Source: Moniliella sp. 'wahieum' (Eukaryota). From it: 64,000 nucleotides of DNA. Under the pieces are notes generated by a model. That model ran no database searches. It was not told the origin of the DNA and was given only the letters and a program-made list of their open reading frames with translations. The DNA is taken from assembly GCA_003971905.1 (NCBI GenBank), contig RSEE01000090.1, positions 1 through 64,000 of the forward strand, given 5' to 3'. Shown here piece after piece: positions 35,270 through 47,237 of the stretch (position 1 is its first letter; each line of letters begins with the position of its first letter). The position numbers and the translations under genes are program-made.

Positions 35270-35859
35270 CTAGTCCGACGTGGCGCGCGTGTAGACCAAC
35301 TGGGCATGGTGGTGCACCACGCGCTTAATCTGGCCTTCCTGTTCCAAGTGGCGAATGGCGCGACGGGCAAGGGAGCCATTGATCTTCAACCGGTCAATCA
35401 ACGTCGACTGCGAAATAAACTTAAACGTCGGCACCTCCTTGATGATCCGGTCGTACGTCGCCTTGTCCAGCACCACATTGTTCTGCCTTGTCCTTCACCT
35501 TGCCCTTGCTCCACTTCTTTTTCTTCGCGCTCTTGGTGGCCGAGGCCAGGATCGCCGATTTCTTCGGAGGCACTGCACAAAAAGAACCTAACGTTAGCCA
35601 ACTTGGTCCCAATTCCCATCTCCCATCTCCCATCTCCCATCTCCCATCTCCCATCTCCCATCTCCTGTCCCTTGTCTCCCATCCCCCATATCCATCTCTC
35701 ACGGCGCACGTCGCCCGCGTCGGTGCGCGTCCGGCCCGCGCGCCATCACATGGGTGCACGACACGGGGGGGGGGGGGGGGAAGAGGTAGTAGACATGGGA
35801 GGGGAGGCACGCGCCGCGTTGAGCGACGCGTAAGATTCGGATTCAGGAAGGTACTCACT
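35270..35859 (-). CDS. RPS25: 40S ribosomal protein S25 (eS25); intron 35858-35573 splits the ATG; one apparent frameshift near 35483
   Basis: A|TG PPKKSAILASATKSAKKKKWSKGKVKDKA.NNVVLDKATYDRIIKEVPTFKFISQSTLIDRLKINGSLARRAIRHLEQEGQIKRVVHHHAQLVYTRATSD*. Intron GTGAGT...GCTAAC...TGCAG. Confidence 0.97.
35617..35664 (+). repeat. (CATCTCC)n heptamer repeat in the RPS25 intron
   Basis: About 6-7 copies. Confidence 0.9.
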
Positions 35860-36483
35860 TGGGACCACTCCAGGCGGGCGTTGGCTTGGTAGAGCAGAGC
35901 CGGCGGGAAGACAAGGCACGGCAAGGCCAGCCTGGGCCAGCGCCCGCCCAGTCGCACGCGCCGTGGGAGACAGCGCCTGTGCCCCCGCCAGCTCCCCACC
36001 CCCCGCTGCGGCCCCCTTTTCATTGCGCCCGAGCATGGTGCAACCCTACGCCCGTCTGCCCCCCCGCTGCCTGGGTAACCCTATCGCCCGATGCTCACGC
36101 GCTCACGGCATGCTGCCCGACGTGATGTATGTGTGATTGTGATGCCTCAAGTCTCGGGGACAGATTGAAATGTGAAATGGCACGCGTCTCGAAATGATGG
36201 AAGCGTCACGTGCAGGACATGCGACACGTGAGGATCGCACGTGACCGCGTGACCCACTTCCCACTGGCCTGTCACTGTGACGCGACCACTCCTACCACAG
36301 TCACATGTCACATGTCACATGCGACCGCCATCCGACCGACGCCGACGTCTAACTATTCCTCAACACATCCTCTCGCACGGGAATGGATTGGATCGCGTAT
36401 GGATCGACAGAGTGTTGCTGGCACCCATCGCCACACGTCCAGCACGCATGCACCCGCATGCACCCAGCGCGTCCCTCGGCAGC

Positions 36484-37873
36484 TCACATGGCTTCGGGGA
36501 ACAAGTCATCAAAGTCCTTGCGGTTGCGGAACCACACTTGCCGCTCAGCCAAGCCGTCGGGCATGATCTTGCTGTGTAGCTGCGCTGGATCCATTCTGGA
36601 TTGCTTGGCCTGCAGCTCGATCAGCCGGTTGAGGTAGGCGTCGCCCTCAGCGCGAATCGCCTTGGCCTCCGCCGCAGACACGTCGGCCCAGTCGCAACGG
36701 GGCAGCATCAGTTCCCGCCACGCGCGGGTCAACCAGTACCCGGTGTTGGCTTCGGGCCGACCGCCACTGGCACGCAAACCAAACAGCACCTTGTACGGAC
36801 GCACAAGCATGAAGGTCATATCTTCTCGGTCGGCAGATTCTTTCGAGGTGTACTTGCCGTTCTTGAGTTGACGTGTCTGCGGCTTGGGAAGTACCGTGAA
36901 CAGGTGCGCGACTTCCATCGGCATCAAGTCGTTGCGCAGATGGTACTGGATGGACGAACGATTGATGTGCATAAACACCCTTTCGAGGGAGAAGACGCGC
37001 ACGTGTTTGTCCACTGGGCTTCCGATACGACCATCGGTCGTGCACAACGGATGGCGTACACCGTGCTTGGCCGAATCACACCACCGGCTCGGAACGTACC
37101 ACCACAGTGTCGGTTTGACCGTGCGGACCGCGACCAAGCCCGACTTGAGGTGGAGCGTCATGCGCGTGATCGCCCGAGCTTGGAGTCCAATAAATCAAGT
37201 ACCCCCCACCCCGACAGCGCTACAAACACCGATGCCATCACCCGCAGCCAAAGCGGAGCAGGTTGCGACTTTTCCGGATCCGACGCATCAAACCCAAAAA
37301 AGGGTAACGGCCAGGGCAAGTAGTTCAAAATATATACGAAAACGTACCGCCCACAAGCAGAAACAGTAGGCCCACCACATCATTGAACGGCGTCGCAGAC
37401 GCTGCCCCGCCACGGTAGATCACCACGGGGTCATCGGACAATTTCGCGCCCACCACCGACTCGGTGATGGTGGAGCGGTCCGCAGAGGAGTGGGGAGCAT
37501 GCGTGGAGGTAGGCGTAGGCGTAGGCGTAGCCGAAGGAGCCGGGGTCCGTTTGGTAGGTGCCGCCGCGGCAGGAGGGGCGCGCTTGGCAGGGCCAGGAGG
37601 GGCAGGGCGGGGTTTGACTGTCCGAGACGTTTTGGCGGGCGAAATGGGCGAAGGGGTCCAGGCGGCGCGGGCGGTGGAAGAGAAGGCGTGGTGGAACAGC
37701 GGCGACAGGCCGCAGCTCAGCGCGGGAGACAGGCCCACGCCCAGGCCAGGCCGCAGAACGCGCGAAGCACCGGCCACGCCGGCCCGAGCGACCGGAGCAG
37801 CCACCGCCATGCGCCCGGCGCATAACAGCGGACGCAAGCCGACGCCCAGAGACAGGCCACCCAACTGCGCCAT
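36484..37873 (-). CDS. Probable mitochondrial inner-membrane protein (possibly TMEM223/Mrx15-like); frameshifted at about 37150-37400
   Basis: Arg/Ala/Leu-rich, acid-free presequence ending HAFSSTARA. Two hydrophobic segments, then a soluble C-terminus ending FRNRKDFDDLFPEAM*. The family assignment is a guess from architecture. Confidence 0.55.
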
Positions 37874-38854
37874 GGAAGAAGGGGAGCCACGGAGGGAGCG
37901 CAAAGAGGGACGAGTTGGCGTTGGTGGATCGGCGGCTCTCGACTGGATTATTGTACCAGTGGCCTGCCTCGCCCGTTCTTCGCGCCTCGGTGCGGAGTCC
38001 CCAACCGGGCGGAATGCGTGCTTCGCCCCTCGGCTGCGCATTCTCGCACGGTGCAATTTCAATTTCAACGTGGGTGGTCCAACTTTTGTATGTCGGCGGG
38101 TTAATAGGGTCGATCTTGGAATGGGCGGCCGAACAGCCTTTTCTGAGATCTTGCAGACCTGTCAACATGTCAACGGTTCAACCCTCCCTCCCTCACCTCA
38201 TGGTCACCGGACCGCCCCGCTGGCATACATACACATCGACCTGCAACGCTGCTATTGTTGGTTCTTCCATCTGGCAGTAACTAGTAAAAGTTCTTGGTTC
38301 TTGCGGATTGGACCCCATCCGTCGAGTCTTGTTTGGGCAAAACGAGCCGTGCTTTGCGGGTTTTGGCGGCTTGCCACAAGCAGGCCAACTAAGGCCGCCA
38401 AGACCATCCGATACGATACACCATGGCATATGTATCCCTCATCATACCTGCATCATGCATCCCTCCTAATAGCATCACTGGCATAGATCCGCATCGTGCC
38501 CAAGAGCCCCAAGAGCCCCCAATATGGATCAACGGGCCGATGGTGTTGATGTTGCAGTGGATTTGGGCACAACATCCTGTTTGTTGGTCTTTGGAGTATA
38601 CCCTTTTCCCCCCAGACCACCCTCTTCCTCCTCGATTGGTAGTACGACGTCCAGATACGGACTCAACCACCTTCGCCATCGCATCGACCCACAGCGGATT
38701 TCAACAAGGGCCATCAGACCTACTGAACCTAAGGCCTCACGCCGCAAAGTGAAGTCTCTGGCAGGTTCGGAGACCTAAAGCAAACACACTGCATACGTTG
38801 AAAGCATCTATATCTCTTCGGTTGAGAACCCTGCTATAGGTTCACGAGGAGGAC

Positions 38855-38901
38855 CACCGGGCCTACGGCCCGGTCGGCTGGGGCTTCGCCCCAGCTTGGT
38901 G
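38855..38901. other. Twin GC-rich hairpins (Y-shaped fold)
   Basis: ACCGGGCC-TAC-GGCCCGGT and GCTGGGGC-TTC-GCCCCAGC, enclosed by CCA/TGG-type pairing. Confidence 0.8.
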
Positions 38902-38913
38902 CTGCGTCGCTAC

Positions 38914-39030
38914 CTTAGCCACCGTTCCACCGTCGCCACCTTAGCCACCGTAGCCACCGTTCCCCCCATCGCCACCTTAGCCACCGTTCCACCGGCCACC
39001 GTTCCACGCTGGAACCCTTCCACGCTGGAA
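38914..39030 (+). repeat. Degenerate GCCACC-core minisatellite (about 9-nt units)
   Basis: TTAGCCACC, GTAGCCACC and GTTCCACC variants in tandem. Confidence 0.8.
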
Positions 39031-41344
39031 AGACAAAATAATATCACCGATTGTTGCTGGTGGCTGGGACGGTGGCTGCGCCACCCGGTGGCTGACGTGA
39101 GGCTTATGTAAAAAGTGCACAGGCGTTTCCCATCGCTATATTCTCTAGGGATGTACGTTCTCATCGTCACACTAGAAGCACTAATCGATAATCATCGTAG
39201 GATGATCGATGACAGACGGCGCTTTAATAAAGTGAACTTCACTGCCGAGGTTAATGTTGCGATGCGGGAGAAGCACCACTAGTGCGCCGGTGAGAAACCG
39301 CGATGGATCATGGATCATGGATCATGGATCGCCATCGAGTCTGTTGTATGTCTGTCGCCCAAGTGACAAGAAAAGTGGGGTTTGTGACATGGATTCGCGT
39401 ACGCTCGAAGAGAACCACATTTTGGCCGCGGGTTTCGGTTTCGTGTTTGGATGTGTGTGCGACTCTATTAAATGATTGGCATCGATGAAGTTCTTCGGGG
39501 GTGTACGTCGATTAATACTAAGCCTTAGTAGTAACCATGCATGGACGATGAGTACCTCAGTACTGAGTCTCAGTACTCAGACTGAGTGAGATGCAGGTAG
39601 GTGTCTCTGGTGCGGCAAGCTGAGACCCTAGATGGTCTTCATCCACTGACCTTCCTGTTGAAGACATTGAAGCTTGAAGCTTGAAGCTTTGACGCGTTGA
39701 CGCTTGACTTCAAGGCCCTCTCACACGCTTCATCCCATGCATCATGCTCCAACTAGTAAGCATCCACGCCAAAACACGGCCTAACTTCGCAACCACGCAT
39801 GGATAACCAGGAAGAGGCAGCCAGGACCGTAATGCATGGCAGCAGCGGCAAGGATGAGAGAGAATGGGCCATTTCAGCAAGACGGAGGGATAGATTTGGG
39901 GCTTTTTCTTGTTGAGATAGAACCGATGCCGATGAACATATGTGAGCGCTGAGCGCCGGTGAAGACCATGCTTGTGTCGCCACCGCCTTGTTCGTCGATC
40001 GGAGTAGGACGTCCAAAGACAGGTACATTGGGCCTCGACAGAGACTTTCATCCTGGCATTATCGACATCATGCATCATCGATCATGATGACGAGATGCCT
40101 TTAGGCGTTTAGACGTTCAGGTTCAGTTCAGCGCTCAGCCTGAGCAGCTTCTAGAGCACCAGCAGGACCATCACCGATACACTCAACACATCAAACTCAG
40201 GACAATCGATCAGCGCTCAGCTGAGCGGCCTGAGCGGCCTGAGCGCTCAGGTAGTGCTCAGTGTCAGCCCGAGAGTGCTGAGGCTGAGCATCGAGATCAT
40301 CCTCCAACATGATCTAGTTTGGCAGACAGGAGGAAACAGGACGCGTCCGCAAAGTAATAGAATACACCGGGTGCCGAGGGTGCCCATTTTGTGCCACCAT
40401 TTGCCCAATGTGTATAGCACGCCCGCCTCAGATCACATGCACACACAGGCTCAGCGCCCTCAGCATCTCAGGCTTCAGGGCCCCAACATCATCTGCCAGT
40501 CTTCTTCTGACCGCCACACGCAGAACTGCCTGGTGCAGAGAGGAGATAATATGTGGATGATAGAAACGGGCCGAGCTGCTGAGGCTCAGCGGTCGCTGAC
40601 CGCCACCCTCCCCACGAGACGCAAACGGCGCCCAATCCTCACTGCCTTTACACCTGCCCTGTGCCAGCGATCGGCCAAAAGATGGGGTTGTGAGGCCTGA
40701 GCCTGAGGCCTGTGTGAGGGCGGTGGGAGCATGTGACATGTGATGGGCACACGGCGGCGTCGGTGCGATCTACACCGATCTGTGATTTCTGATCGCACTG
40801 GCCGATCTAGCTGCTATCTCACCGGCCCACTGTACACTGCCGGTCTCGCTGGGTTGATCCGCACCACCTGCTTGTGGGCCAGGCGTGGGTAGCTTCAAGC
40901 GTCATGCATCATGAGTCGCCTTGTGGGTCCGCCTACTAGGTCGCCTAGGTTCGTCCGCGGGCACGCCCTAGCAGTCCTATACCAGGTCGGAGCACACTGC
41001 ACTGTCGCTGTCGGAGCCCAGGCCAGGCCAGCCGCTTGCGGTGTGCGGCTGGATGGCCACCAACAGCACGTGTGACATGGGCTCGTTCACTTGCACGCTG
41101 AACGTGACCGCGTGACCGCGGTGCCATGGTCATGGACATGGGACAAGTGGTCGATGATCGATGGTGATTATCTCGATCATCCCAGTAGGCCTGCGACTCT
41201 CGTACCAGTCCCTAGTCACTTGACGAGCTGACGAGCACGGCGCCAGCCTCGGGCGCGTGCTGGTGTCATGACATACATGGTACATGCTGCCCACTGGGAC
41301 GCCCTCTGCTGCGGGCGGCTATCCGTTGCTGTCCACGGACGGGG

Positions 41345-41351
41345 TATAAAG
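41345..41351 (+). promoter_or_regulatory. TATA box of the mannoprotein gene
   Basis: TATAAAG about 90 nt upstream of ATG 41436. Confidence 0.55.
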
Positions 41352-41435
41352 GGAGATGGCCACCCCCAACCCCCACCGCCGACCACCAGCAACAGCCACC
41401 CTCTTCGTCCCTCTTTCCTTGCATCCAGACCACCG

Positions 41436-42872
41436 ATGCACGTCGTGGGATCGTCTCTTGTTGCTGCTGCTGTGCTGCGGCCAGCAGCGTGTCCGCACGC
41501 GCCATCCTCTACCGTCCCGAGGCCCGCATCCCTGCCCCAACCAACGCAATGGTCGACAAGCGGGCAGTGACCAAACGTCGTCCGTGTCGGTGGTCACCAC
41601 CATGCCAATTACCACGACGCTTGCTACTGATGTGGCATCTGGTCCGTTGCCAGCCCTGCCCCCTTCTCGTACGGCTCCCCCAGCCCTACCTACTGGGGCG
41701 TCACGGGCCGCGGCAAGAATGGTCCCACCAACCACCGACGAACCCGAACTCAACACGGCCATCAACCAGACTTCGGACTCCCGCTTGGCCAGTGTCACTC
41801 CATCGATGACTGGTGCACGTTTGCCCCTTCTCCCCTTACCAATACCGACACCCTAGGAGATTTGGAGCAGACGACAGTCGCTTACTGTACCAAGCCTCGC
41901 AACATGCCCGTGTCATCGTACGTTCTCTGGCCGTCCTGCCCTCTGTGCTTGTTGTCCTTTTCTTTGCTGGATCCGCCGAGCCCATGGCTGACGTCTGCTT
42001 TCTCTGTTTTTTCTCACCTGTAGCCCGATGGTACCGTCACTGCGGTCCAGTTCGTCAAGACGCCGCTGTACCTCCAGCTCTACGCCATCGGCGACTTTAC
42101 CAACATCAATGTCGCTCCCGGTGACTCGGGGGAGAGTTGGATCCTCACGGTGCGACCAACATGGGCAATCCTGTGGGCGGCAACGTCACCTCCAACATCC
42201 AAGATGGCAAGACGGATGTGTTTTACGAAGAGTGGATGAACTACATCTCTTCGTCCGAAATGTGTTTCCGTGTGTGCATTGCCGGTCGGACGAGGCAACG
42301 CCAACGACCGAATGCAGCACACCCTACGAAATGGGATGCCAGTTCGTCATGGCCCAACTTCCCCTTACCAACGGGACATTTGAATCGTGTGAGGCCGACT
42401 CGGCTTACCCGCCTGGCCTGTACCCGCAACCCGACGGCTCCACCTCCACTTTCCAACAGTACTTTTCGGGCTACACTGTCGGCGCCACCGCCTACTCGTA
42501 CCAGAACGCACAGGAGGACCAGGTGACCCCGTCCGCTGCGTACTCGTACCCGACTCCAAGCTCTTGCTCGGCCGTGTCGACAATTAGCAATGGCTTGCTC
42601 GGATTGGGTATGTAGACAGTAACAGTGTACTCCCTGTGCCTTCGTCCACAGAGCCTGCGGCCCTTTCTTCTCTCCCTACCACCGCCGCCATTGCCACCAC
42701 CGACCTCTCTGCCTCACCCTCGGCTTCCCCGCGCCCAGGCCACCTCGGCCAGTGCCGCAAGCAGCCTGATTGGCTCGTCGGCACAACCGAAAAAGTCCGG
42801 AGCCGTCAAGACGGTCGTAGGGGCCGCAGTGGCTGTGGTCGCTGCGCTAGGAGCGGGGCTGGTTTGCTCTAA
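41436..42872 (+). CDS. MP88-like / macrophage-activating secreted mannoprotein, probably GPI-anchored; intron 41918-42023
   Basis: Signal-like N-terminus. Core VAYCTKPRN.ARVI|PDGTVTAVQFVKTPLYLQ...GGELDPHGATNMGNPVGGNV...YEEWMNYIS..EMCFRVC...EMGCQFVM is typical of the basidiomycete MP88 family. Ser/Thr/Ala-rich tail and hydrophobic C-terminus. Confidence 0.85.
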
Positions 42873-43334
42873 ACTTGAGAAGTGCACCATGTGCCACAGC
42901 CTCCCCCCCCCCTCCCCCTCCTCCCTTTCCCCCTCCCCACCAAACCTACTACGCTGCCCATCGGAAAGTAAGCACATCTGCTCCCACAGATATAACAGCC
43001 CCTCCCCCTCTCCGCTCCTACACTGGGATCATCTACCCCTTTTGTCTTTTGTCATCCCTTGCTCAAGTTCCCTTTGCGAGGGTTTTCCTTTACCTGCATG
43101 TCTTTCCCCTGTCCCCCACGCGGCGGCATGCTGGATTCGGACCTTTTCTCACCCCATCTCTATCACCCCACCCTCTGAATTCTGTACCCCTCTCCCTGGC
43201 GCACCCTGCGTTGGATCTGTTGGATCGATAGGATACAAAGACGATACAACTCCACTGTTCTGGCCGCTGAGACGCTGAGACTACCCCCATGCGATGCGGA
43301 AACGCGCCTTGCCCCGGCGCACGCCCTCGTAGGT

Positions 43335-44271
43335 TTAGATTAGAGGTACACCAACTAGAACTCTTCTTCGGACGACGAGTAGTCCCGCACAGTTCGCCGG
43401 GCCGGAGAGGGATCCAAGGCTTCCTCCCCTGCCCATCGGCATCGACATCGGCATCGGGGGAGAGTAGTCGCACCATTGCGGTGCCGGTACGCAGAAGAGA
43501 ACGACTGATGTCGCGCCCGTGACGTCGGTCCGACTCAGGGGAAGAAGAGTAGCTTCGGCCTCGTGGCAGGTCCGGTCCTCGCGTTCACGTTCGCGTTCGC
43601 GCCGTGAAGAACGAGGGGAACGCGAAGTGCCCGCTTGTTCTGCCTGCAGGGCCGGGTTGGATGTGGCAGTGGCAGTGGCAGTGGCAGTAGTATGACCACC
43701 CGCTTCATCGGGGTGGGCAGTGCTCGCGCCATTTCCAGTGGTCAAGCCCTTGTCCAGACCCGTGTCGGCAGGGTGCGTGGTCGGGTCGAGCTCCATCTCG
43801 AGCTGTTCCATGGCCAGAACCTCCGCCTCCATCTTCTCATACAGCAAGCTGTGGGCCACATGCGGCATGGGCGTGGGTAAGGCAGTGGGTCAGTTGGTGT
43901 GAAATGCGGGGATAGGGGTTGTGGCTCGCCGTCGACGTTGACATGGACGTTGACGTTGACGCGGAGCAGGGAGGCAAGGAAAGGTACGTACGCACGTTCC
44001 AGACGCATACGCTGGATGTTGCGCTTGAGCTGCAACGTTGTGGTGTGCATCTGGTCGTTCTGGCTTTCGATGAGGAGGACTTGGCGCTTGAGGTCCTTGT
44101 ACTTGGCGCGGTACTTGGCTGCGTCGGAGCGGAGGGCAAGGGTGGTGTTGTAGGCTTTGCTCTTGTGCTTGCCGGCGCCGACGCCGCCGCCACCGAGATT
44201 GGCCTTGTCCTTGTCCTTGTCCTTTCCTTGTCCTTGTCGGGCGCGGGGGGGGCAGGCGCAGAGGAGCCCAT
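43335..44271 (-). CDS. INO80-complex subunit-like coiled-coil protein (Nhp10 N-terminal / TFPT type); intron 43991-43849
   Basis: KYRAKYKDLKRQVLLIESQNDQMHTTTLQLKRNIQRMRLERA|LLYEKME matches the KY..LK....E..N......L.R.I..MRLERA.L motif. The 3' end is uncertain. Confidence 0.65.
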
Positions 44272-44411
44272 GGCGGGCGGCAGATGGGGTTCGGGGGACA
44301 AGGTGCTGTGAGATGGCGCGGGCAAGAGCCAAGCTCGAGTGAGATGTCGGAAGTGGGTCGCGTTCGTTGCGCTGGCTTTCCACCCTAACCCTACGGAGCA
44401 GCGCGTCGGTG

Positions 44412-44460
44412 GAATTAAATTGAATTGAATTGAATTGAATTAATGGAATTGAATTGGATT
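44412..44460. repeat. (AATTG)n pentamer tract in a short divergent promoter
   Basis: AT-rich repeat between divergent ATGs at 44271 and 44543. Confidence 0.8.
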
Positions 44461-44542
44461 GGTGTGCCGCTTACCGCTTACATCTCGCCTCCTCGTCTCG
44501 CCTCGCCGCCGCTTCTCCTCGCCGCCCCGCATCCCAGGCGCC

Positions 44543-47237
44543 ATGCTGGGCCGCCTGCTGCGCTTCAGCGCCACCTTCGTCCACCGCGCCTTCCGCCGCT
44601 TCGAGGCGTTTGCCGACTGGCTCACCGGCGCCGCCGGCCCGTCTTCATCGTGCTCTGCTGGGCCCTGGTCGCCATGGGCGCCTGGTCCTACTGTGCGTCT
44701 TGCCTTGCCCTCCTCCGTGACCAGCGCCGCGACCCTGCTGACCCGTTGATTCCCAGTCACGACCATGTTCGCCGTCTTGACTCCCTTCCCGGCGTCCTAT
44801 GCCCCGCTCTGGGACGCCCACGCATCCATCCTCGCCCTCCCGCGGCTCACCTGCCACGCTCTCGTCGCTGAACCACTGCTGCTGGCGCGCTTTTGGGCAA
44901 CCCTGGCGGCGTGTATGTTTATCGGCTACAGCGTCTTTTTCCACTACTACATGGCCACCACCGAGCCTCCCGGGGGCGTGATGACAGGCCTCGCTCCTTC
45001 CCTCCACGAACACCGCATCGGACCAGGCAGCACGCACTGGTGGCTCACCATGCGCAAACGTGTTGCTCGCGCTTCGCCCGTCTCGCTCCGCGCCCATTCC
45101 GACTTGGTCGTCGTGCCTTCCAAGCCGATCAAGTTACTCAAAGCCAGCGAATCCAGCGAGCGGCTCGCACGCGCACGCGCACGACAAGAACACAGTGCCA
45201 AGGCCAGTGTCAATGTCAATGCCAATGCCAAGCCACGAACCACCCCTCTCGTCTCTCCCTTGGCCCTGCCGGCGGAGGGAATGCGAGGACGGCCGGATCG
45301 GGATCCCACACCGCTCCGGACCCGGCTTGGTTGGCCCGCCACGCACGTGCCGGCGCCGGTACCGGTACCAGTAGCGGAAAGTAGCAGCCCGGCGCCTCCT
45401 TCCTCTTCCCTGGTGCGTCGCACTATAACCCCGTGGCCGCACGCGCTCGCCTCCCCCCCGTTCCCCCGAACCTCGCCGCGCCCACACGCCCGATGCTGCG
45501 CTGGAACAGGACCTGTATGCTCCCCACACCTGCGCGACATCCGCGACATCCGCCGCACCCACTGCACCCACCCCAGGTCGCCCAGACGATCTCATTGGTC
45601 TCAGCAGCCGTGCAGGCCACCGCACCGGCGCCAGCCTTGGTTCCTTACCGCTCGCAACGCCGACGTTTTGATTGCCCCCACGCCGCGCGCTGGTGCTATC
45701 CACCACATGCCCACAATGCCGATGACCCAAGGCTTCCAGTTCCCCCCCGGTGGTTCGATGGGACCGATGGGACCGATGGGTCAGAACGCATCGTCTTCCT
45801 ATCCCTTGCCGGGGGGAGTGGCGCTGGCTTCGCCTCGAGCTCACGCAGCTCGCTCGACATGCCGAGCGCGGCGTTGGTGGCTGGCACAAGTGGCGCACGG
45901 GGCGCAGTAGGTGCCGACCCAGTGCTGGAAGACATTGATTCGGACGATCTGTTCCCCGTGACAAAGATGTGCCACAAGTGTCCCAAGGTACCGCTGTTCA
46001 AAGCGTTGGCCGCGTTGCCGCCTGAGATTCGCTCGATGGAACGGGCAATGCGGAGCAAACATGCGTGGCCACCACGATCGGCTGGCTTGGCCCACCACAG
46101 CAGCGCTAGTGATGAAGATACGTCTCTCCGCTGGCGCCCCTGACGACACAGGCGTAGCATTAGCACAGGACGAAACGGAGGACGATATTCGTGCTTGGTT
46201 GGAGAGGAGGAGGCTTGGTACTTGTACCCCCTCCCAAACCGGAACGTACGCACACTGCTCAGTGTGCAAGACGTGCATCTTGAAATACGTACGTGCCCCC
46301 CCCCCGCCCCTGCTTGTCCCTTTGGCTGCGCTTGCTTCGCCTGCATCCGCTTCGTCCCCCCTTTCAAGGGAGAATGCAGCACGAGATGGAACTGACCGTT
46401 TTCGTTTTCGTTTTCGTTTTCGTTGGGCGTAGGACCACCACTGTCCCTGGCTGAACCAATGTGTTGGCCTGGGCAACGAGCGGTACTTTGTCTTGTTCAT
46501 GGCGTGGCTAGGCGTAGCCTGTATCATCATGTGCCACGGGCTTCCCCGTGGCACGACAAGCTTTTACTGCGCCTCACACTTGGACGCACACTTACACGCC
46601 CCGCGTGTGCGTACTGCTCACGTGGACCTTAGCCTTGGTCATTGGCTTGGGCGTCGCCGTCATGGCTGCATGGCAAATCTTGCTCGTCGCGCGGGGGAAA
46701 CCTCCGTCGAGTCACACGATAACAACCACTACGATATGCTCGCACGCCGCCGCGGTCAACGCTTCGTCAACGTCTACGATCTCGGCGCGGTACAGAATTT
46801 GCGCCTGTTCTTCCATGTCGGCCTTGCCGACTCGGCTGGACAGGGTCGTCAGGCGGAATGCCCAGTGCATGTGCACCCAGTGGCTCGAGTGGACTGGAGA
46901 GGTCAACGAGAGCTTCGAGGGGGGACCGAGGCTTTGCTACTGCGCCTGGTCTGGGTCTGGGTCTGGGCTAAGCTCCCTCTCCCGCAGCACCTTCGTTCTT
47001 CTCTTCTTCTGCCTCTGCCTCTGCCTCTGCCTCTTCCACTTCCACTTCCACTTCCGCGTTGGCCTCGGCGTGCCGGCCCCACCGAGACGCAAGGGGATGG
47101 GCATCGATCTTGCTCCCTATCCGCGTTGCTCCCTATTCCGACGGATGGCACTGGGCCAAACGCCGCGGACTGGGCGGTCGTCATGGCGGGATCGAGGCCG
47201 TGGAGAATTGACGGACGAAGAGGAAGATTACTCGTGA
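44543..47237 (+). CDS. DHHC palmitoyltransferase; introns 44693-44756 and 46289-46432; frameshifted
   Basis: N-terminal transmembrane helices, FHYYMATTEPPG, CHKC, HCSVCKTCILKY|DHHCPWLNQCVGLGNERYFVLFMAWL, FVNVYDLG..QNL..FF. Confidence 0.95.

Noticed and set aside
35700..35760. Intronic C/D snoRNA in the RPS25 intron
   Set aside because: Only an imperfect C-box-like GTGATGG is present, with no downstream CTGA D box.
36298..36305. Homol-D box (CAGTCACA) for RPS25
   Set aside because: It lies about 440 bp from exon 1 and is embedded in a TCA-CATG heptamer array, so it may be a by-product of that repeat.
38423..38752. 109-aa ORF next to the twin hairpin as a possible transposase remnant
   Set aside because: No HUH, DDE or tyrosine-recombinase motif is visible.
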